Below, in pieces: positions 33,046 through 41,065 of a stretch of DNA of 64,000 bases. The translations under genes and the position numbers were made by a program. This stretch comes from Candidatus Rokuibacteriota bacterium (GTDB lineage Bacteria; Methylomirabilota; Methylomirabilia; Rokubacteriales; CSP1-6), in the NCBI GenBank assembly GCA_016209385.1, contig JACQWB010000265.1, positions 13,977 through 77,976 on the forward strand, given 5' to 3'. The notes under the pieces were generated by a model. It made no database searches. It worked only from the letters and a program-made list of their open reading frames with translations, and had not been told where the DNA came from. Numbering within the stretch: position 1 is the stretch's first letter; the number at the start of each line of letters is the position of its first letter.

Positions 33046-34923
33046 TCAACATCTCCCCCAGAATTTCTCGAGCCAGCGGTCCACGCTCACCAAGAACCAC
33101 ACCTCCCATCGAAGCTCCCTCTCCCCCCGGAGATAGCGGGTCACCAGCTCGTGCGCTCGCTCCAGGTCCACGTAGCGCCCCATCCGTCCCGAGCGATCCT
33201 CGAGCGGGGCGGGCGGATCACGGCGACAGAGAGCGGTCAGGTTTCGATCCATCGGATCGGTCCAGTCTCCCTTCCCCTGTCTCGACCGGATCGTGTCAGG
33301 CACGATCCCCTGCATCGATCGTCGCAAGATCCATTTTCGCTCGCCATCGCGCGTCCTCCGCTCCCAGGGGATCGAGAGGACGAACTCCACGAGCCGACTG
33401 TCCAGGAACGGATATCTGAGCTCCATGCCCCACCGGGCCACAGCCCGTTCGTCCACCTCGACCTTCAGGACATAGTAGGCCCCGGTCACGGAGACGTGTG
33501 TGTCAGCCTGGACGCAGGACGGGAACGGCAGCCGAACGCGCGGCTCGCGGATGCGCTCCCGCAGCCCGACCTCGCGGGCCAGGTGCGGGCGGATCCAGCT
33601 CGGTGGGGCGCGGCGGGCCGCCCGCTTGCCCCAGTACTTGAGCCGGGACGGGAGAAGGCTGGCGAGCGCCAGCTGGGCAAACTCCCACGGCTGGCCGCCG
33701 TACCAGCGGGCCAGCTCGCCGGTCTCGCGGATGAACCGTCCGGGCTTCAGCGTGCGCAGCAGATCGGCCAGGTAACCGATCTCGTCCAGGAGCTGGTCTC
33801 CACCGTCACCCGACAGGAGTACCCGGCACCCCCAGGCGTCAACCGACTCCAGCGAGGCGAGGCCGCTCTGGCGGTTCGCCGCGACGATCGGGCTCTCGAC
33901 CGACCAGAGGAGATCGTCAAGCCGGTAGAGCGGGTCGTCGTCCGACGCGTGGATCTCGTGCACCTTGACACCCGAGGCCCGGCCCACCGCCCGGACGTAC
34001 CGCCGCTCGTCAGAATCCGGGTGATCTGAAAAGAGCGTGAAGGCGTCCAGCGAGGGGGAGACCGCCCCGCCGTCGGCGAAGACCCGCGCGGCGGTACAGA
34101 CGATCGCCGACGAGTCCAGACCGCCGCTCACGAAGGCGCCGATCGGGAAGTCGCTGCGCGTGCGACACCTCACAGCCTCCGTGAAAAGGGAGCGGAAGTG
34201 CTCGGCGTATTCCTCGTCGCGGGCGTACCGGGTCTCCCGTGGCGGATCGACGGCCCAGTAACGCTCGATCCAAAGGCGTCCCTCCTCGAGCACGAGGAGG
34301 TGGCCGGGCGGGAGCCGATGGATTCCGCGGAAGAAGGTCCGCGCGTGATCCCCCTCCCGGAACTCCCTGAGCAAAAAGGCCAGGATCATCTCGTCGTCAG
34401 GTTCCGGCATCCGGTCAAGAACGGCGAGAATGGGCTTCGTCTCCGAGCTGATCAGCAGGGTGACGCCGTCCCACGTGTAGTGAAGCGGTTTGAGCCCGAG
34501 CCGGTCTCTCGCACAGAGAAGCCTCCCCCTTCGGCCATCCCAGAGCGCGAACGCAAACTCCCCGATGATTCTTCCCAGGGCGCCCGCTCCCCACTGCCTG
34601 TACGCCTCCAGCGTCAGCTCAGGATCGGTCTGACCCGAAAGCGGACGTCGCTCCGCCTTCAGGGCTGCGATCAGTTCCTCCCGGTTGTCGAGCCGGCCAT
34701 CCCAGACCAGCCGGCACGTGCCCTGGGAGTCAACCACTGGCTGCTCCTCGTGGAGAGACTCCGGGGTCGTGTAGAGGAGCCGATGAGCCAGCCCGACTGG
34801 CCCGCTCACCCACCGGCCCTCGCCATCGGGGCCCCGATGGGCCATGGCCCCCGACATCCGCTCCAGGAGACTCGGATCCACGGCCAGTCCGTAAGCGTGA
34901 CAGATCCCCACAAGCCCGCTCAT
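33046..34923 (-). CDS. Asparagine-synthetase-like lasso cyclase (C protein), copy 2
   Basis: Class-II amidotransferase and AsnB synthetase domains (SGGLDSS PP-loop). The N-terminus is MSGLVGICH: the nucleophilic Cys2 of true AsnB (compare MCGIAG at 48164) is replaced by Ser, as expected for lasso cyclases. Confidence 0.8.
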   Translation of the reverse strand: MSGLVGICHAYGLAVDPSLLERMSGAMAHRGPDGEGRWVSGPVGLAHRLLYTTPESLHEEQPVVDSQGTCRLVWDGRLDNREELIAALKAERRPLSGQTDPELTLEAYRQWGAGALGRIIGEFAFALWDGRRGRLLCARDRLGLKPLHYTWDGVTLLISSETKPILAVLDRMPEPDDEMILAFLLREFREGDHARTFFRGIHRLPPGHLLVLEEGRLWIERYWAVDPPRETRYARDEEYAEHFRSLFTEAVRCRTRSDFPIGAFVSGGLDSSAIVCTAARVFADGGAVSPSLDAFTLFSDHPDSDERRYVRAVGRASGVKVHEIHASDDDPLYRLDDLLWSVESPIVAANRQSGLASLESVDAWGCRVLLSGDGGDQLLDEIGYLADLLRTLKPGRFIRETGELARWYGGQPWEFAQLALASLLPSRLKYWGKRAARRAPPSWIRPHLAREVGLRERIREPRVRLPFPSCVQADTHVSVTGAYYVLKVEVDERAVARWGMELRYPFLDSRLVEFVLSIPWERRTRDGERKWILRRSMQGIVPDTIRSRQGKGDWTDPMDRNLTALCRRDPPAPLEDRSGRMGRYVDLERAHELVTRYLRGERELRWEVWFLVSVDRWLEKFWGRC

Positions 34924-36815
34924 GACTTACCTCTTCGTTCTGAGTTCCACTCGGGAAACCACTGCCGGAGCCACACCTCCAGCCTTGCGAAATTCCACAA
35001 GAGGTTCCGATGTCGCCCCTGCGTCCACACGTAGCGCTCCCGGAGCCGTTCGGCTTCCCGGCGGCTGACGTAGCGAAAGACCCGCCCGTCGGAACCGAAC
35101 AGGTCGCGCTCCAGCCGCTTCGCCTCCAGCTCAGTGGGCAGCCGGCCATTCATCACTGGGACGAACTGCGCGACCTCTTCGCGTTGCCTCACCGGCGCGA
35201 TGGCCGCCAGCGCGCGCTGGACGAACTGCTTTCGATAGCCGGGTGCCAGCGTCACGGCCGACGGCACGGCGAGGAAGAATTCCACCAGCCGTCGGTCCAG
35301 GTACGGGTGGCGGCACTCCAGCGAGAAGGCTGAGACCATCCCGTCCATCTGGTTCAGCGCGAGCGCCATCGCCGGTCGCGTGAGCGCGCGGTAGGTGGTT
35401 TCCTGGCACAGCGTCGGGAATCTCCGCCGCTCCCTCGGCATCGTCCACCGGTCCAGCCCGACCCGCGTGGCAAACTCGGCGTCGATCCAGCGGGGGAGCT
35501 GGCGCTTCACCCCAGCCCTGAAGAGCCGGCGGAGTCCAGGCGGAAATTGATCCCAGACGAGCGCCAGGACGGTCCGCCCGGAGCCAGTTCCGCCGTAGGC
35601 CGTCGAGCTGAGCCGGGCATGCCGGACCAGCGTTCCGAGCTGGAGCGAATGGAGAAGGTCCGCAAGATACCCCGCCTCGGCACGCTGGCTCAACTCGTCC
35701 GCTCCAAACCCTGTCAGCAGGACCCGGCAGCCCCGCGCCGCCGCCGGCCCGACGAGCGCCGGAATCGTGAGGGCAGGATCGTGGTGAGGGGTCTCGGCGC
35801 AGTCGAGGAAGAGCTCGAACAACGTGATCGGCCCGTCCGCTCCCTCAGGACGAACGAAGTGGACCTCGGTGCCGTATCTCCTGGCCAGGTGCTGGATCGC
35901 GTCCCACTCCTCCTGCAGGAACCCTTCGGCCAGCAGGGTGAACGCCGCCAGTTCGGGAACGCCCACATCCGCCAGCCGGAGCGTCTCTGCCGTCGCAGTG
36001 ACTAACGTCGAGTCGATTCCTCCGCTGAGCAGCAGTCCCACCGGCGAGCAGCTCCGGAGACGGCAGCGCACCGCCTCGCGGAAGAGCGCTGCGAACGCCT
36101 CGAGATAGTCCTCTTCCTTCGCGTACCGGGCCTGACGCGACGGATCCACGTCCCAGTAGCGCTCGATCGAGAGACCTGAGTCTGCCAGGCGAAGGACGTG
36201 GCCCGGTCTCAACTGCTTGATCCCCTCAAAGAAGGTCGCCTCGGGGTCGCGAAAGCCCATCAGGAGGTAATCGGCGATCATCGCCTCGTTTGGCCGCCTG
36301 GCGATCGCCGGATCGGCGAACAGCGCCTTCACCTCCGAGCCAAAGAGGAGCCGCTGGCCGGCCCAGTGGTAGTAGAAGGGTTTGACCCCGATCGGGTCTC
36401 GCGCGCACACGAGCTCCCGCCGTCTGCCGTCCCAGAGCGCGAACGCGAACTCGCCGACGATCCGCCTCACGCAGCCCGCGCCCCACTGCCCGTAGGCCTC
36501 CAGAACCAGCTCAGGATCGGTCAATCCTTCCTGATCGTGTCGGTCGATCTTCAGCGCCGCGATCAGCTCCTCACGGTTGTCGACCCGCCCATCCCAGGCG
36601 AGCTGGCAGGTCCCGTGAGCGTCCGCCAGCGGCTGCTTCTCGTGGAGCGACTCCGGGGTGGTGTGGAGCATCCGATGGCCCAGCCCGACCGGCCCTGCCA
36701 CCCACTGGCCCTCGCCGTCCGGGCCGCGATGCGCGAGGATGTCGGTCATGCGCTGGAGGAGCGCCGGGTCGGCCGGGCGCCCACCGCTGTGACAGATTCC
36801 GGCAATCGCGCTCAT
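34920..36815 (-). CDS. Asparagine-synthetase-like lasso cyclase (C protein), copy 1
   Basis: MSAIAGICH N-terminus (Cys2 replaced by Ser). SGGIDST PP-loop. 631 aa. ATGA overlap with copy 2. Confidence 0.8.
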   Translation of the reverse strand: MSAIAGICHSGGRPADPALLQRMTDILAHRGPDGEGQWVAGPVGLGHRMLHTTPESLHEKQPLADAHGTCQLAWDGRVDNREELIAALKIDRHDQEGLTDPELVLEAYGQWGAGCVRRIVGEFAFALWDGRRRELVCARDPIGVKPFYYHWAGQRLLFGSEVKALFADPAIARRPNEAMIADYLLMGFRDPEATFFEGIKQLRPGHVLRLADSGLSIERYWDVDPSRQARYAKEEDYLEAFAALFREAVRCRLRSCSPVGLLLSGGIDSTLVTATAETLRLADVGVPELAAFTLLAEGFLQEEWDAIQHLARRYGTEVHFVRPEGADGPITLFELFLDCAETPHHDPALTIPALVGPAAARGCRVLLTGFGADELSQRAEAGYLADLLHSLQLGTLVRHARLSSTAYGGTGSGRTVLALVWDQFPPGLRRLFRAGVKRQLPRWIDAEFATRVGLDRWTMPRERRRFPTLCQETTYRALTRPAMALALNQMDGMVSAFSLECRHPYLDRRLVEFFLAVPSAVTLAPGYRKQFVQRALAAIAPVRQREEVAQFVPVMNGRLPTELEAKRLERDLFGSDGRVFRYVSRREAERLRERYVWTQGRHRNLLWNFARLEVWLRQWFPEWNSERRGKS

Positions 36816-36824
36816 CTCACTGGC

Positions 36825-37268
36825 TCACCGCGAATGGAACAGCGGCTCATATCGCCCGGCCTCCTGACCGCCGAGGATCGGCTCGCCGGCGTAATCGAGC
36901 CAGGCGTGTGCCCTGAGCTTCCCCTCCTCGCGCGACACGCCGATCCGCAAGGCTGTCGGGATGCCCCACCGCCCGAGGAGCCACGAGAGGACGAGCGCCT
37001 TTTTCAGGCAGGTGGGGTTGACCGGCGCGTACCGGCCGGCAACCTCCACGAGCCAGACCACGCGAGCCAGGGATGCGGGGCGGCCCGAGGCCGGGGTCGC
37101 ACCCGTCGTGCGGGAGAGCTTCCGGTGGAGCCCCAGCAGCCGCTTGAAGCTCAGGACTCTCAGCGCCAGCTCCACGAGGAGAAAGAGCCCCCAGGCCTCG
37201 GCGAGGATGGCCCGCTCGCCGGGAGGGAGCCGGAATAAATTCCGCAGCCGCTCACTCAACGATTTCAA
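36825..37268 (-). CDS. Lasso-peptide B2 protein (transglutaminase-like cysteine protease)
   Basis: CLKKALVLSWLLGRWGIPTALRIGV...LRAHAWL carries the conserved Cys...His catalytic pair of the McjB C-terminal domain. 147 aa. Confidence 0.75.
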   Translation of the reverse strand: MKSLSERLRNLFRLPPGERAILAEAWGLFLLVELALRVLSFKRLLGLHRKLSRTTGATPASGRPASLARVVWLVEVAGRYAPVNPTCLKKALVLSWLLGRWGIPTALRIGVSREEGKLRAHAWLDYAGEPILGGQEAGRYEPLFHSR

Positions 37269-37551
37269 CTAAGTCGTTCTCCCGCAGTCGCGTGATGAAC
37301 TGGAGCAGATCGTCCGTGCAGCGTGGCTCCGCGACCGCGTACTCCTCCAGGAGCGCGTCACGCACCGCGCGCAGCGAGGCGTGCTCCCGGACGAGTTGCC
37401 AGATCCGCGTACCGGCCGGATCCAGGCCGAAGTAGACGCCGGTCTCGAGATTGAGGATGACGATCTCGCCCCCCAGATCGTGAAAGACGACGTCGTCTCG
37501 GATCCGGACTCGAGATGCGAGCGACAGTTCTCTCGCCAGCGCGGCACTCAT
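37252..37551 (-). CDS. Lasso-peptide B1 protein (PqqD-like RRE leader-recognition domain)
   Basis: MSAALARELSLASRVRIRDDVVFHDLGGEIVILNLETGVYFGLDPAGTRIWQLV is a PqqD-family fold. 99 aa. The start codon overlaps the stop of the upstream WecA-like gene. The track shows this only as the tail of a longer ORF. Confidence 0.7.
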   Translation of the reverse strand: MSAALARELSLASRVRIRDDVVFHDLGGEIVILNLETGVYFGLDPAGTRIWQLVREHASLRAVRDALLEEYAVAEPRCTDDLLQFITRLRENDLVEIVE

Positions 37552-38702
37552 CACAATAGCCTCCCCTTTCGCTCCAGGATCGTGAGGATCAGGAAGATGC
37601 TGAGGGCCTGGCAGAGCAGCAGGAAGGCGGAGAGCGCGGACGCCATCAGGAGGACCGTCGCCCCCACGCTGAGGCAGATGCTCAGCGCGTAGATCAACAG
37701 CACCGCGTGCTCTCGCCGCCCCAAGAGGTGCTCCATGCGGTGGTGGAGGTGGTCCCGCCCCACGTACTCGATCCATCCCCGGACGCCCTTCACCTTCCCC
37801 GAGACCACGCGATCCACGGTGATGTAGATCATGTCGTAGATGAACACGCCAAAGATGAGAATCGGCGCGGCCAGGTCCACGATCGTGTTCTCGGCCCACT
37901 CTCCCATCACGGCCAGCGACGCCAGCACGAACCCCAGGAAATTGGCCCCGGCGTCTCCCAGGAAGATCGTGGCGCGATCGCCCGGACGGAAATTGTAGGG
38001 GAGGAACCCGAGGGTGCTCCCGAGCAGAGCCGCCGCGACCCATCCGAGGAACACCTGCTGGCTCTGGTAGGCGATGATCCCCAGGAAGAAGGCGGCGATG
38101 GCGGCCAGGCCGGGAGCCAGGCCGTCCATCCCGTCCAGGAAGTTCATGGCGTTGGTGAGCCCCACGATCCAGAGGATGGTCAGGAAGATATTCAGCGCCT
38201 GCCCCCAGAGGGCACGGGTCGGAAACAGCGTCAGCGAGATCCCCGAGGCGATGACGATCCCTGTCGCGAGCAGCATGATGGCCAGCTTGAAGACAGCAGG
38301 GAGCGGGCGGACGTCGTCGACGCGGCTGATACAGATCACCAGTGTCCCGCCGGTCAGCAACCCCCAGAGGGCCGGCGTCAGGATCGAGTTCGCCAGCAGG
38401 CTGATCAGGAAGGCGAGATAGATCGCGACCCCGCCCAGCAGCGGAATCGGCTCGCCGTGGAGCTTCCGCGAATCCGGCCGGTCAACGATCCCCATCGCCA
38501 GCGCGAAGGCTCGAACCGGCCTGACCAAGAGGAAGGAGAGGAGGAACGAGAACAGGACGATGTAGAGCCACCTCAACCCTTCCTGGAAGAAGAAGCTCTT
38601 CACCGGGAAAAGGAAGAGCAGGAGCAACACGACGACGCCCAGGAGATACAGGAGCTGCCCCGCCGGGAGGGAGATCGTCGAGACACGAATGGCGGATCTC
38701 AC
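37551..38702 (-). CDS. WecA/MraY-family (GT4 polyprenyl-phosphate HexNAc-1-phosphate) initiating transferase
   Basis: Ten or more TM helices. Cytoplasmic loop motifs DDVxxL-like (ISRVDDVRPL) and NxxNxxDGxDGL (NAMNFLDGMDGLA). Confidence 0.8.
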   Translation of the reverse strand: MRSAIRVSTISLPAGQLLYLLGVVVLLLLFLFPVKSFFFQEGLRWLYIVLFSFLLSFLLVRPVRAFALAMGIVDRPDSRKLHGEPIPLLGGVAIYLAFLISLLANSILTPALWGLLTGGTLVICISRVDDVRPLPAVFKLAIMLLATGIVIASGISLTLFPTRALWGQALNIFLTILWIVGLTNAMNFLDGMDGLAPGLAAIAAFFLGIIAYQSQQVFLGWVAAALLGSTLGFLPYNFRPGDRATIFLGDAGANFLGFVLASLAVMGEWAENTIVDLAAPILIFGVFIYDMIYITVDRVVSGKVKGVRGWIEYVGRDHLHHRMEHLLGRREHAVLLIYALSICLSVGATVLLMASALSAFLLLCQALSIFLILTILERKGRLL

Positions 38703-39766
38703 CGGAAGCTCTCGAGCGCGGCTGCCACGACGCGCTCGATCTCCGCGTCCGTGAGGGAGGGATAGAGGGGAAGGGAGACAGCCTTCTCCCAGGCTTCTTC
38801 AGCGCCGGGAAATCCTCCCAGGCCGAGATACCAGTGAAGCGGTCGAAACACCGGTTGCCGCGCCTCCACGCCGCAGGTCTGAAGCCGGGCGAGGTAGTGG
38901 TCCGCGTCCCATGGCCCCTTGACCACGTAGCGGTAGTAGATCCGCGCTCGATCCTGAGGCGCGGCGGGAGGCTTCAGGTTCAGCGCGTGAAGCTGCTCGG
39001 CATAGAAGGACGCGATCGCCTCCCGCCGCTTGAGGAACTCGGGCAGCCGCTCGAGCTGAGCGAGCCCCAGGGCGGCCTGAAGGTCGGTCAGCTTGTAGTT
39101 GAAGCGCGGTCGGTCAGCGTCCTTTTGGTCGTACGCTCTGAGATCCCGCGCCATCGCCAAGATCCGCTCGTCGTTCGAGAGGAGCATCCCGCCTTCCCCG
39201 GTGGTGATGACCTTTGTGGCATAGAAGGAGAAGACCGAGGCTTCCCCGATACTTCCCACCGGCTCTCCCCGGTAGAACGCCCCCAGAGCATGCGCCGCCG
39301 CCTCGATGACGGGGAGCCCCAACGCCTTCAGCTCATCGAGGTCGGCGGGCAGGCCGAAGGAGTGGACCACGATCAGCGCCTTGGCCCTGGCCGAGCGCGC
39401 CTTGCGCGCCGCCGCCGGGTCTATGTTGAAGCTCTCGGGATCCGAGTCGACGAGGCGCGGGGCCGCCCGGACAGCTCTGACAGCGTGGAGCAGGGCCGAG
39501 CACGCGTAGGTTGGAAGGAGGACCTCGTCCCCGTCGCCGATGTTCAGCGCGAGCAGCGCGAGGTGAAGGGCTGCCGTCCCCGAGCTGCAGGCCACCGCGC
39601 CGCGAACCCCGACCAGCCGCGCCACCTCCCGCTCGAACGCGGCGACGCGGGCCCCCTGAGCGATGGAGCCGGACCTGACCACCTGGGCGAGGGCGTGAGC
39701 CTCGGCCTCGCCCAATGTGGGCCGCGAGTGAGAGATGGGAGCCCGTGTTGGCACGTCAGTCACCAT
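38699..39766 (-). CDS. DegT/DnrJ/EryC1/StrS-family PLP-dependent sugar aminotransferase
   Basis: AGAKPVFVD-like blocks ...GDEVLLPTYACSALLHAV..., SFYATKVITTGEGGMLLSND (PLP-lysine region), LRAYDQ. The ATG at 39766 gives a 355-aa product. The track ORF has a 100-aa Pro/Arg-rich false extension. Confidence 0.8.
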   Translation of the reverse strand: MVTDVPTRAPISHSRPTLGEAEAHALAQVVRSGSIAQGARVAAFEREVARLVGVRGAVACSSGTAALHLALLALNIGDGDEVLLPTYACSALLHAVRAVRAAPRLVDSDPESFNIDPAAARKARSARAKALIVVHSFGLPADLDELKALGLPVIEAAAHALGAFYRGEPVGSIGEASVFSFYATKVITTGEGGMLLSNDERILAMARDLRAYDQKDADRPRFNYKLTDLQAALGLAQLERLPEFLKRREAIASFYAEQLHALNLKPPAAPQDRARIYYRYVVKGPWDADHYLARLQTCGVEARQPVFRPLHWYLGLGGFPGAEEAWEKAVSLPLYPSLTDAEIERVVAAALESFR

Positions 39767-40373
39767 TGAGGAAGAGGCGCAAGGGCACGAAGCCCTCCGC
39801 GTTGCGGACCCTCCCCTGGATCCCGCGGAAGTGGGCGGCCGCCCGGGCCAGATCCAGGATGATGAGGCCCTCGACGCCCGTCTTCGCGACCTGGGAGGCA
39901 TGGGCGCCCAGGGCCGCCAGCTTCTGCTCCAGCACAGCGTCGATATCGACGAAGACCGAGGGGGTGAAGTTGGCCGTGGTCGGGCCTTCGTAGAGCAGGA
40001 CGTTGCGCGCATACCGGGAGGCCGTGACGACCGAGGTGGAGAGGTGCCGGTGGTCCTGATGGGTATCGTCACCGAAGTGCGCGAAGATCAGGTCCGGCTT
40101 GACGCGGTGAAGGAACCCCTCCACCTTCTGGATGAGGTCGCGATCCAGGGCGACCTCGGTGTCCGCGTAGCCGCCCCAGAAGATCTCCTGAGCTCCGAGC
40201 AGCTTCGCGGCCGCCTCCTGCTCCCGCCGTCGCTCCATCGCGTCCCCTCCCTGTGCGCCGTCCGTGAGGACCAGGAGGTGGACATCATGACCCTTCAGCG
40301 CGTACTTGATGAGAGCCCCACCGCAGCCGAACTCGATGTCATCCGGATGGGCACCGATCGCGAGGATGTTCAA
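39756..40373 (-). CDS. PIG-L/LmbE-family N-acetylglucosaminyl deacetylase
   Basis: NILAIGAHPDDIEFGCGGALIKY is the PIG-L HPDDE motif. A TTG start at 40373 is preferred, with an AAGGGAGGGGAG SD 6 nt upstream. A start at the upstream in-frame ATG (40490) would overlap the WbqC gene by about 120 nt. The track ORF is extended further, to 40565. Confidence 0.6.
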   Translation of the reverse strand: MNILAIGAHPDDIEFGCGGALIKYALKGHDVHLLVLTDGAQGGDAMERRREQEAAAKLLGAQEIFWGGYADTEVALDRDLIQKVEGFLHRVKPDLIFAHFGDDTHQDHRHLSTSVVTASRYARNVLLYEGPTTANFTPSVFVDIDAVLEQKLAALGAHASQVAKTGVEGLIILDLARAAAHFRGIQGRVRNAEGFVPLRLFLNGD

Positions 40374-41065
40374 CCGACTCCCCTCCCTTGCCTGAGAACA
40401 GAAAGACTCTGCGAACCGCAGTTGAACAACAGGTCCACGACAGAAAGGTTCGGCTCGAAGGGCCCGAATCGCTGGGGATACGCCGGACATCGAAAGTCCT
40501 GGAAGGCGAGCCGGATCCCCGCGTCGGCGAAGCGCTGGCGGTCCAGGTAGTCCAGCCCCCCGCATCCGGAGAGATAGGTGTCCCCCCCGAGAGCCTGACA
40601 GATCGCGATCAGCCGCTCGGTCTTCCCCTCCGCTTCACGAAGCGCCAGGGAAGAAGCCGGGACCAGCTTCGTCTGGATCCCGAGCGCGTCGACCAGATAC
40701 CCGAGGGTCTCGAGGGCCAGATCGATGAGCTGCGCCCACTGCCGGGAATAGACCTCCTCGAAGAACGCCCGGTGGGTTTCGAAGAACGGGGCGGCTGCGT
40801 AATTCAGGACCAGCGCCTGGAGGTGCTTCCGCGACCAGCGTGCGCGGTTGTTCACCCCGACCTCGGAAATCGCCTGGGGGAAGCGATGAAGGACGGGCAC
40901 GGTGAGCCACTGCCAGCCGGCGGCTGTCTTGATCCGGTTCCGGTTCTGCCACTCGTTCTTCTTGAACTGGACATGGTCGAGGAGCACGAAGCAGTCGGCT
41001 CGATCCATCTTGTCGAAGTAGCCCAGCCAGGGCAGGTACTGGGGCTGGTGCACCGCCACCTTCAT
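40370..41065 (-). CDS. WbqC-family protein (O-antigen-cluster protein of unknown function)
   Basis: MKVAVHQPQYLPWLGYFDKMDRADCFVLLDHVQFKKNEWQNRNRI is the characteristic WbqC N-terminus. Confidence 0.7.
   Translation of the reverse strand: MKVAVHQPQYLPWLGYFDKMDRADCFVLLDHVQFKKNEWQNRNRIKTAAGWQWLTVPVLHRFPQAISEVGVNNRARWSRKHLQALVLNYAAAPFFETHRAFFEEVYSRQWAQLIDLALETLGYLVDALGIQTKLVPASSLALREAEGKTERLIAICQALGGDTYLSGCGGLDYLDRQRFADAGIRLAFQDFRCPAYPQRFGPFEPNLSVVDLLFNCGSQSLSVLRQGRGVG

Noticed and set aside
39767-40072. N-terminal ~100-aa extension of the DegT aminotransferase ORF
   Set aside because: Pro/Ser/Arg-rich junk. The DegT-homologous sequence begins at the ATG at 39766.
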